This document shows positions 58,674-64,000 of a DNA stretch of 64,000 nt, piece by piece. The notes under the pieces are model-generated. The model worked only from the letters and a program-made list of their open reading frames with translations. It was not told where the DNA came from and ran no database searches. The stretch spans positions 1-64,000 of the forward strand of contig CBFDEM010000051.1 in NCBI GenBank assembly GCA_965603825.1, read 5' to 3'. Each line of letters opens with the position of its first letter. The stretch's first letter is position 1. Source of the stretch: Blepharisma stoltei ATCC 30299. Its lineage: Eukaryota; Protista; Ciliophora. A program made the translations under genes and the position numbers.

Positions 58674-60572
58674 TTAAAAAATATCAGGAATATTTGGATA
58701 ATGGCCCTGGGCTTTGCATTCCCAATATCCTCCTGTATATCTCCATTCATCATCGTTTTCTAAAGCAAACCACCTTGGGAAATACATATCGCGGCTTTCT
58801 TCAAGCTTTTTTCTTGCTGCTCTTTGCTTTTCTTCGAGCCTATGCTTTTCTGAGTTAGCAAGCTTTAGGTCTCCATTTTCTAGAGCACGCTGGTCAGGTC
58901 TATATCTTGAGTCAGTCAATGCAATTCCAGGGACTAATTCCGGTACTTGATTTAATTGCAAAGTAAAGTCACTAAAGAAATAGCACCAATCGAAATCCTT
59001 AGGAAATGGATAAACTCTTCAGGCTTCAGAAACCTCTCCTGTTCGATTATTCACAATATCTACTCCTTTATTCCAGGTTCCTTCTAATTTATAATGTTCA
59101 CTTCCATAACAATCATACACACTTCCAGATACTTCTGTAGCTTTCTTAGAAAATCACCCAGTTCTTTTTCAATTAACTTTTGCAAAATCACCATTTTCAA
59201 GATTTTTTACGTCAACGACTCCATTATGCTCAACCCAAATTTTTCCAAAAATAATATTATGGACACGAGTTTGAGGCTTATTCCAAACAAAATGATCATT
59301 ATGAGGTTTTAATATCAAATGATACTTAGCTTGAGGCTCGACCAATAGATGTGTAGCCTTAAAAGTAGTTCTTACCTGAACACTTGCCCAAAAAATATAC
59401 TTTTCATGCTCGCAATGCAAAGCTGATATAGGAGGATGATGGCTTACTTGTTCCAATAACAAACGAAAACCATCCTGCTCTAATTCAAATGTTTCTCCTA
59501 ATAAAGGGTTAAAAGGCTTCATAGTACGTCATTCACTTGTAGTATAAGAAGTTATAGCAAAGCTTGAAACTAAAGCAAGCCTATATCTAGGATCTGGATG
59601 ATCTGCGGCTCTCAATAAAATTTCATTATAAGTTAGATCTTCAGCCCATCTTTGGATAAAGCTTAAAGGCTCGTTAAAATATACGGGAACTGTAATTTTG
59701 CTTAATTCCTGTCCTATAGATTCTTTAACAACTTTCCAAATATTGATTTTTTCATTTGGGTCTCTGAGATGTGGCAGTCTATCTCTATGGACCATAATGC
59801 TTGAAGTTATAGGAGCTTCTATTGGCATGATGACTTCTATTTGTTTAAATTCTTCGAATTTATCTTCAGATATATGGCTTTGGGCGTCTTCGAAATTATA
59901 ATTTTCTTCTTCAACGGGGAAGCTTGCCATAACTTTTTTTTTGTCTTCTTTCACTAATTCTACTGAATTATCAACTTGTGCGTCCTTTGCAAAATCAAAT
60001 GTATTATCTGCCATTCCTTGACTTTTTACCGGAGATCATGTTTTTCTATTAAAATCCTCATCAATTTCCATATACTGTAGTACTTCAGTGGCCAGAATTT
60101 TCATTTCTTCACACAGTGATACAATTTTTTCTATCCCTGGGGTCGTTTTTATCACATTTTTTGGTATCAAGTCAATAGTCGCCTGCATTTGTGCATGGAC
60201 ACTTCACATTTCGCCTATTTTTCCATGAATTATTTGGTTAGATGAGCTTTCAACTGTTGCGATGCTTAATCTGGGCTCATCAGTAAAAGTCCTTCTTTTG
60301 ACGTCAGTTTGGTTAGCTTTTAAAGCATTCATCCAGTCAATAGCTTCTCCTGGAGTGTAAGCTTTTAAATGAATTTGGGTACAACCTGTATCTATGAAAA
60401 AACGACATGGCTTGTAAGGGTGTTTACGAATTTGAGAAATTTCAAGGTGAATCATGCCACGCTGAGGAGAGCCTTTTTCTTTGCAATAGTGGAGGACACC
60501 ATTGTAAAGGATGAAATACCTGCGCTGCCATCCGAAAATATAATTTGTCCACTTAAGCAAGTAGCCTTCCAT
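58674..60572 (-). CDS. Oxysterol-binding protein-related (PH + ORD), 632 aa
   Basis: MEGYLLKWTNYIFGWQRRYF PH domain; ELSKITVPVYFNEPLSFIQR, KPFNPLLGETFE, EQVSHHPP, TDSRYRPDQR. Four ORFs joined by six TGA. Confidence 0.94.
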
Positions 60573-60961
60573 TGGATTTTTTATTTTATTTTTAAAAATT
60601 TGGAGTTATAGTAAATATTCGGTGATTTAAGAATGATACAGTTAAATAAATCAATGGAGAACTTTGCAAAGCTTAGAAATGATTAAATTTATTTTGCTCT
60701 GGCTAAATAAATTGATACCAAAAAAGTTTATTCAAAAAACTTATTAAGATGATAGAGTTGATAGTATTTTAATTATTTAATATTAAATAATATAAATTAT
60801 TCGCATTGAAATCTCATAAAAGTAAATAATCTAAATAATTTTTCATTAAACCCAGCTAATTTTTTGCGTTTTTGACAAGTTAACTATTTGTAAAATTTCT
60901 CGAGTATTATTCTCAGTTTAATGAATTATATTAGAAAGTCAATTTTAAGCTTAACAAGAAT

Positions 60962-62524
60962 TTAATTAAATTTATTTCTGTATGCTCGCCTTTCCCTAGT
61001 TGACATTACTGATGAAATCCTTCTAGGATTACTATCAGAATCAATGCTACTTGATAGCATTTTTAGCCTCCTGTTTCCTTTAATATATCGATATTGGCTG
61101 TCTTCTTCATTGATTTTTGCTTCTAGCTCATCAGATCCCATGCTTTCCGCTACATTTTTAGGTGTTTTAAAATGCATGGTATTACTAATCAAAGGCATCA
61201 TGGATACATCAATTGTTTTTAATGGAGAAAATTCTGAGGTAAGTGACTCAATTAGTTTAAGTAAAGTATTATGAGATCTCATACGTGAATTTTCTTCAGA
61301 CCTAAGGCGAGCTTCAAGCGTAAAAAGCCTTGCTTCAGTCCCTGACATCCCATCAAGATGACGAAGATTTATAGGTAGCCAGGACAATTTTTCTGATAGC
61401 TCAATAATATTATTATGAATAATTTCTTTACTTTTATTGAAATTTTTTTCAATTTGTTTTGCAGTGTCTTGCAATTTTGTATTGAATTTCTCTTCTTGTG
61501 AATTTATCACGTTGAGGATTTCTTGCTTTAGGGAAAATAATTGTTCTTGGAATTCGTCTGGGAAAGGCGAAGAAGAAATTTCAAGCTTGAGTTCTTCAGC
61601 TTTGGAAGGAGAAGGCTTAATTGTGGGGGATTTTGTGATTTTTCGATTAAATTTTTTTAATTTTGAAATTTCGCCATGAATTTCATCAATAATCCCTTGA
61701 AAATTATCTATTTCATCTTTTATTTTGTCAACGTAATTATTAGTTTTCATATCTTTTTCATCAAAAACTTCTCTCATAATTCTAATCTTTTTCCTTAATT
61801 TCTTCTTTTTCTCAGCAAGATTAAAAATTTTCGCTTCAATTTCATTAGATTTTTCGATTATTTTTTCTTCCAAAATTTTCTTATTTTCCACTACAAATTC
61901 ATTTGATTCGCTCAATATTTTTTCTTCCATTGCCATAAGCCTATCTTCAAAATTTCTATTTAAATTTTACGATCTGACTATATTAATTTGTCTGTTAACT
62001 TGCTGTATTTCAGGATTCACTAAATTTTCTCTTATTTCAAGTCTAATTTTGTCACGTAAATTATCACAACTTGTTTTGATTTTTGTTTCTATTTGTTGTA
62101 GCGTAGGTCAGGTATTGGTATGTCTTTCAGACGTATGCAATCTTTCATCAAAAGACAAAATTTTGTTAGAGAGTCAGTTCGTCTTGGTATCAAGATCTTT
62201 TGCTAATTGGTCTTGTAGTATTTTATTTTTCTCAAGAAATGAAGTTTCTAATTCTGAAATTATTGTTGAGATTTTGTCTTCAGTCAATTTTATATAGGAA
62301 TTATTATCTTTTGTTGATTTTAAAACTTTTTTATGCTTGATAGTGAATTTTTCCTGGAGATCTTTTAGTTGAAATGATAAATTGTTAGAAATTTTTGATT
62401 GATAGCAAATTGAATTTTTTATTGTGTTGAATGCTGAAATAATAGGCTGAGGAATATTAAGCCATTCTGTAGTATCTAATTTTTCCAGTTCTTCAATATA
62501 ATTAATACCTTCGTTAGATTCCAT
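60962..62524 (-). CDS. Coiled-coil hypothetical protein, ~515 aa; exons 62524-61971 and 61955-60962
   Basis: ORF 62524 continues through two TGA and a 15-nt intron into ORF 61936. Contains EARLFTLEARLRSEENSR. Confidence 0.8.
61956..61970 (-). other. 15-nt intron GTAAAATTTAAATAG
   Basis: GT..TAG with A10. Removes an in-frame TAA between two same-frame ORFs. Confidence 0.88.
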
Positions 62525-62828
62525 TTACTAGTCGAATATAATAGTTTTTAGTTATCAAAATACTAAAATTATAAAAACTTTATCATAAGTTTACAGTCCT
62601 TCTAAAAACGTAATTTATAAAGAAAACTTTATTCCTTTCCTGACCGAAATAATTCAAATCAATTAGTGATATTACTCATTTCTCGCTTTCATGCATTAAT
62701 TTGCAATATTCTAAAGCTATAAAATCAATCAAGACTTGTCCATATGTAGCTTAGTTCAATCATTTAAAGAAACATACCATATAAATCAATAGTTTTTTAA
62801 ATTAATTATTAACAATAAAATAATTGAT

Positions 62829-64000
62829 TTAAGGAGAAACTTGCGCGATATTGGAATTTCCTTGATCTGTTTTCCCTAGATCTTGAGAATTACCAAATTT
62901 CTCTAAATCATGCACATTACTTGTTTTATCCCCTTCTTTTATATCATTAATTTTCCAAGGAGATATCGGGTTACTCGTTTTTTCGCTTGCATTATCCTTT
63001 TTTTGCTTTTCTTTAAAGGATTTCCATCTTTTAAGTCCAAAATCAGTCAAAAGTTGTCCAATTATAATAAATAGAACTTCAAGTGCAGCTTGTGGTAAAA
63101 GCACTAAATTTGCCATGGCAGGCCCAGGACAAAAACCAGTTAAACCCCATCCCATCCCAAAAAACGCAGGGCAATAATAATCCCATAATCAATTTGTTTA
63201 TTTGTAGGAACTCCAAATTTTGCACTGCATAATGGTTTTTTTCTGTCTTAAAATCAAGTTAAATGCAACCACATTAATGCTTACTGCAACAGCCATCACA
63301 AATATCAAACTTGGATCCCAGCCATCAGCCATCGTTAAAAATGCGAGAATTTTAGTCCTTCTGCACATTCCTGACAGTAAAAGTCCTAAGCCGAACAAAG
63401 CTCCTGCAAAGCAAGAGACCCATAAGTCGAATTTCCCTATTTTTGTGGTTGCCTTGGATAGAGCGGTGATGATAGCTAGTATTAAAAAGCCAACGAAAAC
63501 TGCTAAATAAACTCAGCCGCTTACTAATCTATAGATATCATAAGCATCACTGCTAACGTCCAAAGTGTCATCTAAAAATGGCTCATAATGCCTCAATGTG
63601 GCAGTTGCAATCCCAAAACCCAAAAATATACAAGTTGCTATAATAGATCTTGGAGAAAATCTAGGGACTCCACATACAGCATGACCACTTGTGCATCCAT
63701 TTCCAAATTTTGTCCCGAAGCCCACAAATAGTCCTCCCACAATCCATCCAGCCACATCTAAATCATCTCCAGCCTCTTCGCCATCAAAAATCTTTTGTCC
63801 ACTAACTTTATGGTCCACCCCCAGCCTAAAGCACACAATTATTCCAATTAGCCCAGTTATAAAACTTATTTTCCATATCAAGCCTTCTTTCTTATTCCAT
63901 GTCGAGATTGTAAAAAGAATTCCACTCATCCCTGTGATTCTTCCCATCACATATAAGTTAATAATCGTTGAAAGTGCTATTAAAAAGCCTCCCAAGCAGG
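62829..64000 (-). CDS. YeeE/YedE (thiosulfate/sulfur transporter) family two-domain membrane protein; 5' end outside window; apparent compensating frameshifts
   Basis: GRITGMSG, GLFVGFGTKFGNGCTSGHAVCG.PRFSPRS, FGLGLLLSGM, WDPSL.FVM, FGMGWGL.G.CPGP. An internal TAA at 63198 is explained by +1/-1 indels near 63240 and 63172. Confidence 0.88.

Noticed and set aside
11551-63510. Numerous antisense or overlapping short ORFs in the track (for example 11551, 17262-22111, 31735, 45142, 61044)
   Set aside because: They are shadows of long real genes on the other strand or frame and have no motifs of their own.
5055-63515. TGA as selenocysteine, or widespread pseudogenisation
   Set aside because: TGAs align to Trp or hydrophobic positions rather than redox Cys, and occur in housekeeping genes such as CDK and OSBP whose frames continue intact.

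Overview
This is eukaryotic DNA: the left end of a gene-dense ciliate macronuclear (somatic) chromosome, almost certainly from a Blepharisma-type heterotrich. Three signals support this. (1) About 4.24 kb of (CCCTAACA)n telomere lies at 1-4236. (2) TGA is read as Trp, for example at the conserved W in CDK 'FPKW' and RluB-like 'RLW.FHKP', and every gene I could reconstruct ends in TAA or TAG. (3) There are 15-nt GT..AG spliceosomal introns with A at position 10. The supplied ORF track uses the standard code, so it splits most genes and misses one completely (43518-44243). Re-reading with UGA=Trp gives about 29 protein genes and one tRNA-Ala(AGC). The subtelomere (4.3-9.6 kb) holds four copies of a B-box-like/Kelch/TPR family in different states of decay. 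The interior has PH, IPT/TIG, RBR, RluB-like, GFAT, CDPK, F-box, multi-CH, CDK, two GH20, ARMC9, FAM135, PTEN, Alba, ceramide synthase, two PLK, OSBP and YeeE/YedE genes. Best leads: a 550-aa putative His-Me (bba-metal) endonuclease hidden by six TGA codons; a strong gene-to-gene split in TGA vs TGG use; an alphaproteobacterial-like RluB with no presequence; a GFAT whose catalytic Cys sits behind a bipartite presequence; a tandem PLK duplication with readable breakpoints that produced a pseudokinase; a catalytically dead RBR; an F-box/XPA-like fusion; and an unannotated AT-hook-like basic protein. All family assignments come from motif recognition by eye; no database searches were run.
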